Below, in pieces: positions 10,969-24,020 of a DNA stretch of 64,000 bases. The position numbers and the translations under genes were made by a program. The DNA comes from Ministeria vibrans ATCC 50519 (Eukaryota; Protista; Filasterea). The stretch is from positions 142,507 through 206,506 of the forward strand of contig CALSCP010000335.1 in the NCBI GenBank assembly GCA_943704425.1. Direction: 5' to 3'. Each line of letters opens with the position of its first letter. The stretch's first letter is position 1. The notes under the pieces were generated by a model. It ran no database searches. It was not told the origin of the DNA and saw only the letters and a program-made list of their open reading frames with translations.

Positions 10969-11563
10969 GCAACAGCAACAACAACAACAACCACACCAAG
11001 TACAACAACAGCAACATCAAGTATATCAGCAACAGCGACAATGCGATGTGGATCAACAGCATCAACAGATGCAACATTGCCACGCTGCTCAAATGCAGGC
11101 GTACCGTACACACCAAATGCAGCATCAGATGCAGATGCAGCAGATGCAGGCACACTACCATGCGCAAGCACAAGCGAAAGCACAGCCACAACCAGCACAA
11201 GCACCACTCCATGTACCGCACCTGTCTCCTCCACCCCAACACCAATCTACTATCGCACCCCCCTCGACGAGTCACCACACCCCCGCCAACACCACCGCCT
11301 CCACCGCATCCACCGCTCATACCCTGGCAGCTCCATATCCCCCTACGCCCACCCTGTACTACATGCAGCCTTCCGCCAACGGCTACCTTCCAGCCCCCGT
11401 CCCTGTCCCCTCCTCCACGGTGCCCCCCACATCCTTCTACATGTATCCCCCACAACCCTTCAACCCCCACCTCTCCTCACCTCCCACTCCCTCGTCCGCC
11501 CACTACTATCCCTACCCTCACTCCTACTCCTACCCCTTTCCCCAACAACGCCCACCCCAATAA
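7903..11563 (+). CDS. Homeobox transcription factor (non-TALE, Q50, LIM-class-like) with acidic, polyQ and Pro/Tyr-rich C-terminus. Exons 7903-8419, 8860-8936, 9028-9075, 9145-9210, 9568-9666, 9786-10121, 10199-11563
   Basis: In-frame GT-AG splicing gives TRKPRTVINSLQYLVLE|YIYNNLPMPERPLHRV|IGEKLNLDDRVIRIWFQNRRAK|DRRL, with R5, Q12, L16, W48, F49, N51 and R53 correctly spaced. Confidence 0.88.
10860..11040 (+). repeat. Coding (CAA/CAG)n polyglutamine tract
   Basis: Directly visible in the last exon of the homeobox gene. Confidence 0.95.
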
Positions 11564-11650
11564 TACAGTTTAAATAAAAATAAAACCACGCACTTATTTT
11601 GAAGAATCCTATACACTACCATTTTTCAATCCTAGTCACACTCACACACA

Positions 11651-12509
11651 CTATTGGCGGAGAATACTCTTGCGCCGCTGTTCTCCACCCGACGAGTGCT
11701 CTGGCTCTGTTTCCAGATGCACAGCCCATGTCACCCGACGCATCTCCCTCATTTTGGATATTGTGTACGTTTCTCCAAGTGCAACGACGCCCGTTTGCTT
11801 CAGTGTACTTCCAGTCGGTTCCTTCTACACAACAAAGACAATCGTATTAAGTTTTTTTTGTAATTATGATGTAGGATGCTTTTCTCTCTCTTTTTCTGTT
11901 TCTTACAATGACGCAATTTTTGAGGGTATTTGTGGCGGTGATTCTGGATATCTCCATGTCGGATGGCTGTTTTGCAAAGAACTCTTGAGGAGTAAGTGTG
12001 GTTTCGAGTGATGCGGGTGTTTTGGTCGATGACATAGAATGAGTGGCAACGGTTGAAGAAGTGGAACGATAGGCTGAGATTGGGGTGTTGATGCGCCGAA
12101 GAGGACGACGACTGGGTGATGTCTAGCAAGAGTAAGAGAGAGAGAGAAAGAGAGAGTGAGTGGTGTGAGAGTGAGGAGGAAAGAGACTGGGAAAATTGCG
12201 TGTGTGTGTGTGTTTTTTTGAACCTGTGTTGTTGGGAGCCGCGAGTGGGAGGTGCGGGGGGGAGTTGGGGGAGGGAGAGATCGGGTTGGAGTGGAAGGGG
12301 CGGAGAAAAAAGCAGTTGTAGTAGTAGTAGTAGTAGTAGAAGTAGAGTTGGTGGTAGTTATTGGGGTATTCGTCGTGGTTGAAGTGGGAGTTTGTGCGGT
12401 GCTGAGAAGACGCAGTTGGAGGCGGCGACGCTCTTCGCGAATAAGCGCCAGTTGCTGTCGTTTAGCTTCCATTGCGGACTGCTGCTGCTGCTGCTTCTGC
12501 TGTTGCTGT

Positions 12510-12541
<32 letters not shown>

Positions 12542-12555
12542 CTGTTGTTGTTGTC

Positions 12556-12587
<32 letters not shown>

Positions 12588-13558
12588 CGTTGTTGTTGTT
12601 GTTGCTGTTGTTGTTGCTGTTGTTGCTGTTGTTGCTGTTGTTGTTGTTGCTGTTGTTGTTGGCGATGATAGTGTCCTTTGGTTGGTGAAGTGGCGTCGCT
12701 GAGAAGAAGACGGCGGTTGAAAGGAACGCTGGGTGAGCGAGGGCTCAGCGGTGTGTCGGCTGTAGCAGAGCGATGGATGGAATGTACTGGCTCCACCACT
12801 GCTGCTGTTACTGCTGATGTGGTTGTTGTAGTCGTCGTTGGGACAGATGAGGGCGCCACAATGATACTTGGGGGTGGCATGGGGAGCGCACGGCGGTGAG
12901 GAGTGACAACTTTTGGCGATTTTGGTGACGGAGGCACTGGCAGAGGACGTCGACGTGTGGGTGTGACTGGATTGCTTCGTGCGGGGCTCTGGCTGCTGAT
13001 GACAACATGTCGACCTCGTACGGGCGACGCCATGAGCTGCTGTTCGTCTTGCGTGAGCTTGAGCGGGCGTGTTGATGTCTTCTTCGGCGGAGTATTCTCA
13101 TCGTCCCCAAGTTCTGCTAAGCGAAGGGCCATAGTTTTGACCTCGCGCGCCGACACGGCTCCAAAGAAGACATCATCATCATCATCATCATCACTATCAT
13201 CGTCATCGCTGTGGTCATCATTGCGATCGTCGTCGCCACTGCCAACCAACTCGTCGTCGCTCTCGTTGCCATGGTCACCAAAGTTTCTCAATTCAAATTG
13301 CGCGCCTGTCGCTCTAAGCCCATTGGCACCGCGCCCGTCGACTCCTTTCGGCGTGGGAGCACGTTCAAGCGTGCGTCGTCGCACAAACAGCGCCGCCTTC
13401 CGCGCATCCTCCTCGGTGATGGCGACGCGAGTGTCGTCGTCAAGGAAGAGCGACACGCCATCGAGGACGGACGGATCGCGACGCACTGCCGCCCCTACAG
13501 ACTCCACGAAGGAATGGCAGGCCGCCAGGCGCGGTGGTTTGGTCGCTGGCGACACCAT
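11651..13558 (-). CDS. Low-complexity polyQ, SP/TP-rich protein (574 aa) with C-terminal RVTW and KSILR motifs. Exons 13558-12224, 12122-11907, 11824-11651
   Basis: Three exons joined by phase-0 GT-AG introns. The product ends ...MRRVTWAVHLETEPEHSSGGEQRRKSILRQ*. Confidence 0.7.
12478..12662 (-). repeat. Coding polyQ trinucleotide repeat (~60 codons)
   Basis: (TGC/TGT)n on the + strand. Confidence 0.95.
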
Positions 13559-14032
13559 GGGACGGCAGCGTCGTGTCTATTTGCGAGATGGTGTGAGTTT
13601 GGTCGTCAGGCAAACAAAACATTTTTTTTTTGTTTTTCTCTTTTCTCTCTCGCCAGAAAAAACCCACTAGTCAACTTCTGCCCGCAACCGCTTGCACGCA
13701 AAACACCACACAAAACCCCGCTTGGTGAACAGCGATAGAGAGCGAATAGAGCACCTTTTACCTGTGGTGTTTGCATTAAGAAGAATGATTATCAAGTTTC
13801 AAGTTTGAATGAGATGGAAAAGAGCCAAGGAGTGATTCGCTCAAGGGGGCAGCACGGAGCTCAACAAGTCACTGACTCGGTAACACTGGAGAAGTCGATG
13901 AAAGCGAGGATTAAAATTTTTTTGAAACTTAAAAGATTTTCCCTTTTTCATTTGATCAGTCGAGAAAAACCAATTCACAGTCCTACCACAAATGACAAAT
14001 CCACAACTTCTTTTTCGTCACTGCTGCAAGCC

Positions 14033-15229
14033 ATGGAACTCGACTCTGTCCAAAATCGAATTTCGGCGCGGAAGAAGGTCCACTTGGTAGCTTTCGCGAA
14101 GTAAGCAAGACAGATTGTCAAAGGATGAAAAAAAAAAAAAAGTACTGTCTCAAGTCTCAATGGTTTTCGCCGCATCCGCTTAGATTATGCCGTCTGGGTC
14201 TGTCTTCAGGCGAGAAGAAGGAAGTCTTTGCCCAGGGCCTCGAGCGCCACTACTCGACTCTCTGTGTATGTGGATTTATTGGTCGTGGAGAGTCGTTTAG
14301 ACAACTGCCTTTCTCGCGGGACTCCCTTTCGCCCTATCCTCCACGCGGCGACGCCCGCCTGCCCTCGATCCTGTCTCCCACGTCACTTGTCTCACATATG
14401 TTTCACTTTTCTCCCCCCTTCTTCGTCTCTTTCAGGCGTTTGATTCAATTCTAGGAGCTAACTTTTTGGCGGCGCTTGACAAACTCGAAACTGGGGATCC
14501 ACTGCCCGATGCGCAAGTGTGGCTTCCCTCCGCCACAGCACCACCACCACTACCACCACCGCAACACATTCGCAAAGCTGCGACGCACACGGCACCGCGC
14601 AACACACCATACAGCCGTCCGACGGGCACAGGCTATGCAGCGCCTCTGCCCACCACCAGCAGTGCTGCATTCCTGTTGCCCGCTGCCCCCTTCATGGGCT
14701 CCACTCTGTCTCCTTCCTCCGACCATCTTCCTGATCTCTTTTTTCACCCCGGCTTTGCGCCTCTCACCGCTTTTACGCCCATCCGAGGTATGAAGGAGGA
14801 AAACGGAGCGGGATAACGCACGAGCTGAGTGTGTGTTTTACTTCTTTCTTTTGTGTTCAGGTGGTAGCGGTGCGTCTATCCCTTTGCACTTTCGCAACCC
14901 TTTTCTACCGTCGTAAGCTCAAACCCCTTTCTTTCTCTCTCCCGCCTGAAAAATACTCACATGCCACTCACGCAAATCTCTCTTACTCCATCACTTGTTT
15001 TCTTTGCTTCTTTCTTCTCTCTCTATCTCTGTTCAGCAAACGAGAGCGTATCATTTTGCGCTGTCTCATTCTTCCTCCAGGCACCAAACAGTGGGTGGAT
15101 CGCTACCCTAAGAAATGGACTTACAAAATGGACTCAACAACAGTCACAAACTACGTAAATGTGGAATTGAACTCCTTTTCCTCCATCTCATTTCGTCTTT
15201 CGATCACTTTGTGTCTTTTTCTCCTACCA

Positions 15230-15285
<56 letters not shown>

Positions 15286-16265
15286 ACCACTTTGTGTCTT
15301 TCTCCCTCCTTTCTCTCTCTCTCTCTGTATCCCATTGTTCCTCTATTTTTTCTCTCTCTGTTTGTTTGTTTCAGCCGCACTTTCCTGTACATCTGTCGCC
15401 CCTGAAGGTGGGCTGCCCGCCCATGGACATCACGGCCAACGTCAATGGGTATCAGCAGGGTGGTTTAGTGGCGCTCTCTATTATCCTTCATGAGAACATC
15501 GATAAGTTTTCCCCCAACTTTGTTGTTGGCACAACCCGTTTGGATGAACCCCTTGATCTGCTACCGAGACTCACTACTCTCTCTATGGATGAATCCCGTG
15601 CAAAAGGTATCTCTTCCCCTTTACTGACTCACTGACCGACTTTATCACTCACTGCTACTGATTCACTGACTCTCTGACCTTGACATTAGCATTGCTTCTG
15701 ATTGGCGGGGATACGACTGACTCTGACGCTGTCTCAGTCATCGAGTCCAATCTTCCTCTTCTCTGCCCAGTGCGTATTTCACAACAACAACACACACTCT
15801 CTCTTCCTCTCTCCAATACTTTCGTTTCTTTCTCCCTTTTCTCTCTCTATCACTTTGTTCCTTTCTTCCAACTCTCTCTCACGACTAAACATCTGTCACA
15901 CAACCAATGTACATATTCTAGTCGACACTGTCACGGATTGAAACACCAGCACGGGGTCAGTACTGCTCGCACCTGCAGTGCTTTGACGCACTCAGCTACC
16001 TCCAGGCCAACTGGCGCGTTCCATCGTGGCGCTGCACCGTCTGCAACCAGCCCTTGCCTCTTAGCCAACTCATTGTTGACACCTACGTCAAGAGCATCCT
16101 CAACTCACCCCTCACCTCCAACCAGGATGAGGTCATTATCAACCCAAACCTCACCTGGGCCATTCGTGACGAAGAGGTACATCATCATACAAGTTCACAC
16201 ATAAACTAATGCGCTACAAAACAAAGCAGCCCGCCCTGTCAACACCGGCAGCAGCACCAGCACCA

Positions 16266-16297
<32 letters not shown>

Positions 16298-16505
16298 AGC
16301 AGCAGCAGCAGCAACAACAACAACAACAACGGCCACCGCCGCACCACTGCCCAACCATACCCTCTCACTCCCCACCACCACCCTCTCGCCCTCCCTTTCT
16401 CCTTCCACCAGTTCCTCTGTCTCTACCCTTCACCGTTCCATCGCCCAGCACCACACTCCTCGTCAGTCCGTCTGCGAGGTCGTCGATCTCACTCTTGATG
16501 ACTAA
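14033..16505 (+). CDS. SIZ/PIAS-type SP-RING (zf-MIZ) SUMO E3 ligase, multi-exon; internal exon boundaries partly uncertain
   Basis: SP-RING LPLLCP|STLSRIETPARGQYCSHLQCFDALSYLQANWRVPSWRCTVCNQPL...LIVDTYV (exon 15922-16177), C-terminal SIM EVVDLTLDD*, and a SAP-like N-terminus (LCRLGLSSGEKKEV). Confidence 0.82.
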
Positions 16506-16738
16506 CCCAGCACACACACACACACACGCACACACAAACACACACAGAGACACTCAACTTTCTCTCTTTGTAATTATAAATATTTCTAAATCTGAATTCT
16601 AATTTTTGGTTTCTATGGTACGTCTTTATATTATATGCTTCATTCACTATACACAAAAAGAAGAAGAAAGAGTAACACACACTCTGCCTTTGTCCGTCTC
16701 CTGAACTCAATATACAACACAAACAAAAACCTCTTTGG

Positions 16739-17206
16739 TTACGATTGCGGAGGAACACGCCACACTCGAACAGTCCGATCACTACAAAACGCGTACAGTA
16801 ATTATGTACAGTCGCACTTACAGTAATTATATGTTCTGTAACGTGTACCTTGAGGCAGTGAAGAGACAGTCGGCATCGACCGCCATGCTGTTGATGGTCG
16901 CCTTGTGCGCATTGAGCTCAGCAAGCATGGACAGATCAGACGGACGCCACAGACGCACACAACCAAGGCGGTCGGCACTGGCAATTGCATCCAACTGTGG
17001 CAGTGCAGCCAATGCGCACACCCACTCGGGGTGCGTACCACCCGCAACAGGCGCAGTCTCGCGCCCCGACACACCCACTTGCCAACGCTTCATGGTCTTG
17101 TCGCGACTCCCACTAAACACCCACTTCCGATAGCTGATCAGCGCCTGCACTCCGTCGTAGTGGCCCACCATCGCATCCGGAAGCTCACCCGTCTGAAGAT
17201 CATACG
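16739..17206 (-). CDS. WD40-repeat protein resembling the C-terminal propeller of KIF21. Exons 17206-16849 and 16781-16739; 5' part unresolved
   Basis: GHYDGVQAL...FSGSRDKTMKRW...HPEWVCALA...AHKATINSMAV...LFTAS|SDRTVRVW parallels KIF21 HYDGIEAL/FSGSRD/HKDWVCAL/GHDSPINAI/FTAADDRTVRIW. Confidence 0.7.
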
Positions 17207-17716
17207 CTACAGCGCAAAAAAAAAAAAAAAAAAAAAAAAAAAGCAAAATGCAGAAAAGCAAAAAAAGAGCGTCTGGCGAACACCCTTGTGTTTAATGACA
17301 CCCGTGTTTGGTGGGGTCGCATCGTCTGTCGCACGCACCGTCCAATGCGGTGTGGTCGCCCGCCGCCCGGCCACCCGCCTTGCAGCGCGTCGCCGAGTGC
17401 GACTCGCAACGCCGTGGCGCGTCCGCCGCGGGTGTGGGCGCTGGCGGCCGCACCCGCGCCCCTCTCCACCCGCCATTGCCCCTGGACGCTGCCCTCTGCT
17501 GCATGCCGCCCCGCAATGCAGCTCCGCAACCTTCCTATCCTCTGGAATTTTTCCATCGCCGAAAAGAACCAGTGGCTATATAAAACCACTTTTTTTCTTC
17601 TTTTTTTTTTTGGTGTGATCAACAAAGATTTCTGTTGACCATACCACTTGCCGTCCTCGCCGATTCTGCGCGCCGCGCTCCGTCTGTGTACTCACCTGAG
17701 GACCTTCTTTTTATAG

Positions 17717-20700
17717 ATGGGTCTCGATCTGGAGCCGTTCTACGAACTTGAGGGTGCACTATGCGAAATGCAACCAGGCTTTGGCACAGACGCGTTCGAG
17801 CCAGATGCCTGTCTCAAAGAGCTCAAGACGGCCGGTCACTGCATGGTCAAGTGGGACGAAGGTTCCAACGACCCTGTTCTCTACCGTTTCCGTCTTGATC
17901 GCCACAATCACCTCGTCTTGTGGCAGAGTATGAAGAAGAAGGCGAGCGACTCGGTGTTTGAGGGCTCTCGTAAGCAACTGGAAAAACAAAACGAAAAAGA
18001 AAACACTGCCAAAGATATTCTTTTTGCGTGACGCTCTTCTTTTTTGGTTGGTGTAGTGAACGTTCGAGAGATTAAGGAGATTCGTGAGATTTCTCCGCCC
18101 GAGAAAATTGTCAAAAAGATCAAGAAGAAGCTGAGCATTGATGCGACATTGGGCTCGCAGTGTTTTGCCATTGTCGTTGGGCGGCATCTTATGGAAGTCA
18201 ACTTCATCTACATTCTTGCACAACATCCCACCGTGTGTGATCAGTGGGTTGTGGGCCTTCGTGCCATCGCGTAAGAAAAGTCAACGCGAAAGAACGCGCG
18301 TTATTCATTTTTCTTTTTTTCCTTGACTTCTTAGGAAAGCAGCACGCTCCCTTCACTCAACAGACGCGACCTTCCACTGGCTCAAAATGAACTACCTGCG
18401 CGTGTACAATGACGCATCAGACCACGTAGACACGCGCGGCATCATCACAGCCTTCGGCAAGGAGAAGCGCAAAGTTGCCGAGAACGTCTTGCAGGGTACA
18501 TCTTTGGTTTTCTTCTCTCTATCACTTTTGGTTCTCTCTATCACTTTATTTCTCTCTATCACTTTGTTTTAAACACACGCGCGTCTTTTTGACTTTTTGT
18601 TGTTTTTGTAGATCTTGGCTTTGACGTATCAAAAGGTGGCACTGCCGGTCGCAATGAGCTTTCTCTTGAAATCTTCAGCACAATCTACAACAAGGTGATG
18701 ATATGATTGCACTAGTTGTGGTTGGTCTTTGTCCACTTACACTTTGCCTGGGGTGGTCGTGTTCTCTTTCCACCTAGGTCAACATCCGCAACGACATTTC
18801 GGACATTTTCCTCAAGCTCACGAAGAAGCCGTACCTCACGACGGACCAGTTCCAGCAGTTTCTTCTCAAAGAACAACGATTAACACACATTGAAACACCG
18901 CGCGTAATCCAACTCATCCAGCAGTACGAACCCACCGAGTCCCTGCGCAAGAATCTGAACCTGTCGATGGACGGCCTCACGCGCTACTTGCTGAGCGAAG
19001 ACAACGCAGTCGTCGACCCCCTCATCTGGACTCTCCATCAGGACATGACGCAGCCCCTCAACCACTACTTTATCAACAGCAGTCACAACACCTATCTCAC
19101 CGGCCACCAGCTTAGAGGCGAGTCTGCCGTTGAGATGTACATTCAGGTATCTTTCTTTCGTGTTTAATCTCGTCCAACACCCTCTCACCTCTCTCTTCCT
19201 TTGCCCGTTTAGGTGCTCCTTTCAGGCTGCCGCTGCGTCGAGATTGACATTTGGGATGGTGACGATGGGATTCCCATTGTAACACACGGTCACACGCTCT
19301 GCACAAAGTATCTCTTCCTTTCTCACTCAACCGTCTTTCAACTTACTCTTCTTTTTATGAATTTTTTCATCTTATTCATAATTTTCAGGATCAAATTCCG
19401 CGATGTTGTGTTTGCTATTGCCAAGTACGCTTTTGACGCGAGTCCCTACCCGGTCATCTTGAGCTTTGAGAACCACTGCTCTATTCCCCAGCAGGTATTA
19501 ATCAACCAACGAAACGGTGTGTACTGCAACCGCGACCCACCACTCACTTTCCGTGCCCTCTTTGTCGTTGTGTGAAATGTATTAGGAACTCATGGCCAAG
19601 GATTGCAAGGAGGCTTTTGGAACACTCTTATGCACCGAGTTTGTCGAGGGTTCTCTTGATGATCCGCCTGAGAAGTTGCCGTCGCCCGAAGACCTCAAGT
19701 ACAAGATTCTGATCAAGAACAAGAAGCGAACGGACCAGGTAAGAACTCCCAAGCTAACGGGCACTTCTCCGCGCGAGCCTCATGCACGCTTTCACTCATA
19801 TATGCTGCCGTGTTTTTAGGAAGAGATAATGCGCTCGGGTAGCGTGAGATCACAGTCGTCACTTGAAGCACAGGCTGCAGCGGCATCGTTGACGCCCGAA
19901 GTGGGCGGCAAGAAGAAGAAGAAAAAGGGCAAGGCACCGATGGAGGAGCCCGTCGTCGTCGAGTACCATTCGTCGGCCATGATTGAATTTGACGATGAAG
20001 ATGACGAGACTGCTGCTGCTCCCTCCCCGGATCCCACGGCGGAATCCAACGCTGTTGTTTCTGCGATAGCCGACAGCTCCAGTATGCCCTACTTTTTTTA
20101 TTATTTTTTTTATACTTTCCCGCTCATTCGTGTTTTTTATGTAGACACCCGCAAGCCTAGCATCGATGAAGTTCCTTCTACGGATCTTTCTGCAGTACCT
20201 ACCATTGACGTGACTCCGTCGGCTGACGAGAATGGCCCAACAGATGAGGCAGGAGCCGGAACGTCAGGCTCTGCCCTCTCCGCCACCTCCGCCACCTCCG
20301 CCACCTCCGCCACTGATTCCCTATCACCTTCGGGTGCCGCCCTTTCCTCCAACGCTCTTAGTGTGGAGCCGCCCAAGAGCGGAAAGCACGTTGCTCAGTC
20401 ACTGAGTGACCTTGTCGTCTATGTCCAGTCTGTCAAGTTCAAGTCATTCAAAAAGTCAGCTGCTTCAGGTAAAACTCAATGATACCTACGTCATTTACTG
20501 ATCTATTTTAATTTATCTGGTTCTACAGCGAAATGCTGGCAGATGAGTTCCTTTGCAGAGAACAGTGCGGAGAAACTGGCGGCGAAGATGGCCAAGCAGT
20601 GGGTGGAGTATGGAATCCGACAAAATTCACGCATTTATCCGCAAGGCAAGCGCATCGAATCGAGCAACTACAACCCACAGACCATGTGGAACTGCGGTGT

Positions 20701-20861
20701 GCAGATGGTTGCGCTCAACTTCCAGACTCCCGACACGTACATGCAGCTCAACACGGAATTTTTCAAGCAGAACAACAACTGTGGTTACCTACTGTACGTG
20801 TTGGTGTATTTGTTTGTGCGTGTGAGTGTGTCAATGTGTGTGTGTGTGTGGTCTTTACTGT

Positions 20862-20910
<49 letters not shown>

Positions 20911-21683
20911 GTCTTTACTGTTCGTGTGTGTGTGAAGTCGTGGAGCAGTTGCACAATGTGACTCAAATGTTATTCGCTTCATTGTAGGAAGCCAGCCGTC
21001 ATGAGAGCATCTCTTGGCTTCAATCCCAACCACAAGGGCGCTTTTGAGAACATATTTCCTCACCAGGTGTGTCGACCACTCCTTCAAGAGATTTGTTTGT
21101 TCACACGAGTGGGGGTGTTTTCTCTCTTGTTTTCCAGGTGACGGTGCGTATCATTTCCGGACAGCATCTACACATTGGCAAACACAGCACGCCGCATGTC
21201 GAACTGGAGGTGTTTGGTGTGCCACAGGACGAGTTCAAGTGGAAGACTGGCGTAGCGCCGGCGAGTTTCACGCCCACTTGGGACAACGAGAAGGCGACTT
21301 TCAAGGTGAGGGAGATGGAACCTTAGACCAGATCGATTCTCATTGTGCATTGTTTGTGTAACCTTTTGCAGGTGATGATGCCTGAGCTGGCCAAGGTGCG
21401 TCTCGGAGTGTACGATGGGTCGAACCTCGTTGGTCAGGCAGTCCTTCCCATTGCCCATCTTCGCCAAGGTACCTAAAATTACGACCCTTTTGTGTGTGTC
21501 GCTCATTGTGTCCCATTTCTGACTTTGATTTTTTTTATAGGCTACCGTCACGTCAACTTGCTCTCTGGGCGCAGCGAAACACTTGAGCTGTGCTCAGTGT
21601 TTGTCAACATCAAACTGGACGATGTTGTCCCCGAAGAGCACAAGGACTTTATGGCCGCCCTCATGAAACCCGGCCAGTCTTAA
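17717..21683 (+). CDS. Phosphoinositide phospholipase C, PLC-beta-like (PH, EF-hand, X, Y, C2), many exons
   Basis: X box [48 protein letters not shown] and [14 protein letters not shown]; Y box [17 protein letters not shown]...[10 protein letters not shown]; C2 [11 protein letters not shown] start MVKWDE and post-C2 [18 protein letters not shown] are beta-like. Confidence 0.92.
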
Positions 21684-21962
21684 ACTATTGTCTCTCTCTT
21701 TTTTGTTTTTCCCTCTCTCACTTTGTGTCTCTCTGACTCCTCTCTTTATTACATGCCTTTCTCACTCCTCCATCACACGTCTTTCTCACTCCTATATTAC
21801 ATGACTTTCTCACTCAGTGATTATCTCTATCACTTTGTGTCTCTCTCCCTCCTCTCTCTCTCTCGCTCTATTCACTCCTCGTACCTAGTGAAATACAACT
21901 ACACTATAACACTGATAATATAATATAAGAGAAAGACCAACTTTGCTTCTTTCCTGGTGTAT

Positions 21963-24020
21963 TCAATTGACAAAGCTGCGGCCCTCCACAAAGCGGGTGA
22001 TCATGTCCATGGCACGCTCGGGCTGGTCGTGCGGTAGAATGTGGCCTGCGGTGCGCACAATGACTTGCGTGAACTGTTTGACATTGCGCACGAATCCGGC
22101 TACTTCAACGTCGCTTGACTTGACCTACGAGCATGAGTGTGCAGTCGATATATAAGAAATGTCTTAAGGTATGCAAATGACTGTAGTAGTAACCTTCCAG
22201 ACAGTCTTCTGGGCGTTCTGATACTCGTGTTGTCCACTCCACTGAACGGTGGGCAAGAAGAGCTCAGTGAGAGCGCCCGCAATGATGACGTCGAGCTGGC
22301 CTGAGTAAATGAGCACCTAAGCGCAAAATACGCGTCGTGTAAGCATGGGTTGTACATGGTATTGTGGTGTACCTTGTAGTTGTCCATGAGAACGGACAGC
22401 TCGTACTTGAGGGACTTCATGAAGTCCTCGAGCAGGTGCATCTCGCAGTTGTGGCCGTCCTGAAAGGCGTGGGTGCCAACGTGGATGGCCTCGCGCACAG
22501 CAGGCTGGTTGAGGTACTTGGGATAGTAGGAAAAGGACGGCGGATCGACCGTGAGCAGAACTAAGCATGTCAAGCAGAGAAGAGATGAGGGGGAGTGCAA
22601 CAAAACGAAACAAAAAAAAGTGAGTGGGTGTGTGTTTGTGTGTGAGAGAGAAGAAGAGCGAGAATGCGGAGAAGAAAGAAAGCAAAACAAATTGTGATGG
22701 CATACAGTTATCATAGTTGAGGGAGCCAGTGATGTTGTAGACGTAGGTGGGGTACGGGTAGACGTCGCCGTTGAGGAACTCGTCCCACGACTTGAAGGCA
22801 TCGAGCCAGCGCTTCTGCTCAATAGCTTGCGTCGACTCGCGCACGTAGTTGCGGATCACCTCCACTTCGTTCTGATCGGCAAGGCCCAGGTTGAAGAAGA
22901 GCTCGGGGTAGCCCTGCAGCTGAATAATGGGGTCGATCCCTACACACGCACACACACACATACATGGCACGTAAATGGGGGCACGTAAACGAGTCACAAA
23001 CACACATGGAAACGGATTACAAACCCACACACACACACACACACATATATAATTATAGGCGTACATCCATCGCCAATGGCCACGCCGGCGAGGTTGATTA
23101 CAATGCCCTCAGACTCGCCCGCCACAATCGCCTGGTTTTCAACGTGAATCTTGTATGAGATGGCCGGGCAGTAGTGTCCTACAAATGCGAGTTAAAGGCA
23201 AGCATGTTCACGTTTCATCCTTTGTACCTCCATAAGACTCCTGAATCCAACCGGCAAGTTAGGAGAGAGCGAAAGAGAAAAACAGAATGAGATGGTTCAC
23301 TCCCTCTTTCTCATTGATTTTTCACGTCACGTACTCCAGTCACGTAGAATTCGTTCTTCTGCTGCTCCGGGAAGATGGCGTAGAACTGCTGGAGGAGCGA
23401 GTAGAGGTCGCGCGCAACGTCGCGCTCGTTGGTCGCATACCCTTCGTCTGTGTCGGTGTACGAGAAGCCGGCGCCCACAGGGTTGTCGACAAAGATCATG
23501 GCGTACTCGTTGTTCCAGGTAATGGCACGCTCGCTGACCTTGAGCTGCGCGTCCACCTGGAGCGGTCCGTTCTCGGCAAACAGGCCAAACATCGACGAGC
23601 CGCCGGGTCCGCCTTGAAGCCACATCAGCAGAGGCGCAGTCGCGTTGCCGTTCTTCGCAGGGAAGTACCAGAAGAACATGTTGTTGTTGTTGGTCTCGTT
23701 CACCGTGATGAAGCCCGCATAGCTCTCCTGCGAGCCAATGCCGTGCACCCGACTGAAAAAAAAAAAAAGATGCGTTTGCAGATCAGAACAAGGATGCTCT
23801 CACGCTCGCACGCAACCCATCGAGACACGCCCCACAGCTGCGCCTACCTTGCATTGCGGGTGATCTCGGGTCCAGAGGTGCGCATCAGCTCAGTCAGGTG
23901 GACGCTCGAGTCCGTCATCGATGGCGGCGCAAACTCCGGTTTGACCGGACGCGAATAGTCGCCAAGCGCCGAACACGCATGCACAACCGCAAGGGTACAC
24001 AGTAGAACAGAAACCCTCAT
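21963..24020 (-). CDS. CPVL: Secreted serine carboxypeptidase, family S10 (CPVL-like), multi-exon
   Basis: Signal peptide MRVSVLLCTLAVVHACSA; SYAGFITVN, WLQGGPGGSSMFGLFAENGP, DNPVGAGFS, YVTG|ESYG|GHY, YSGQLDVI and VRTAGHILPHDQP. Confidence 0.9.
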
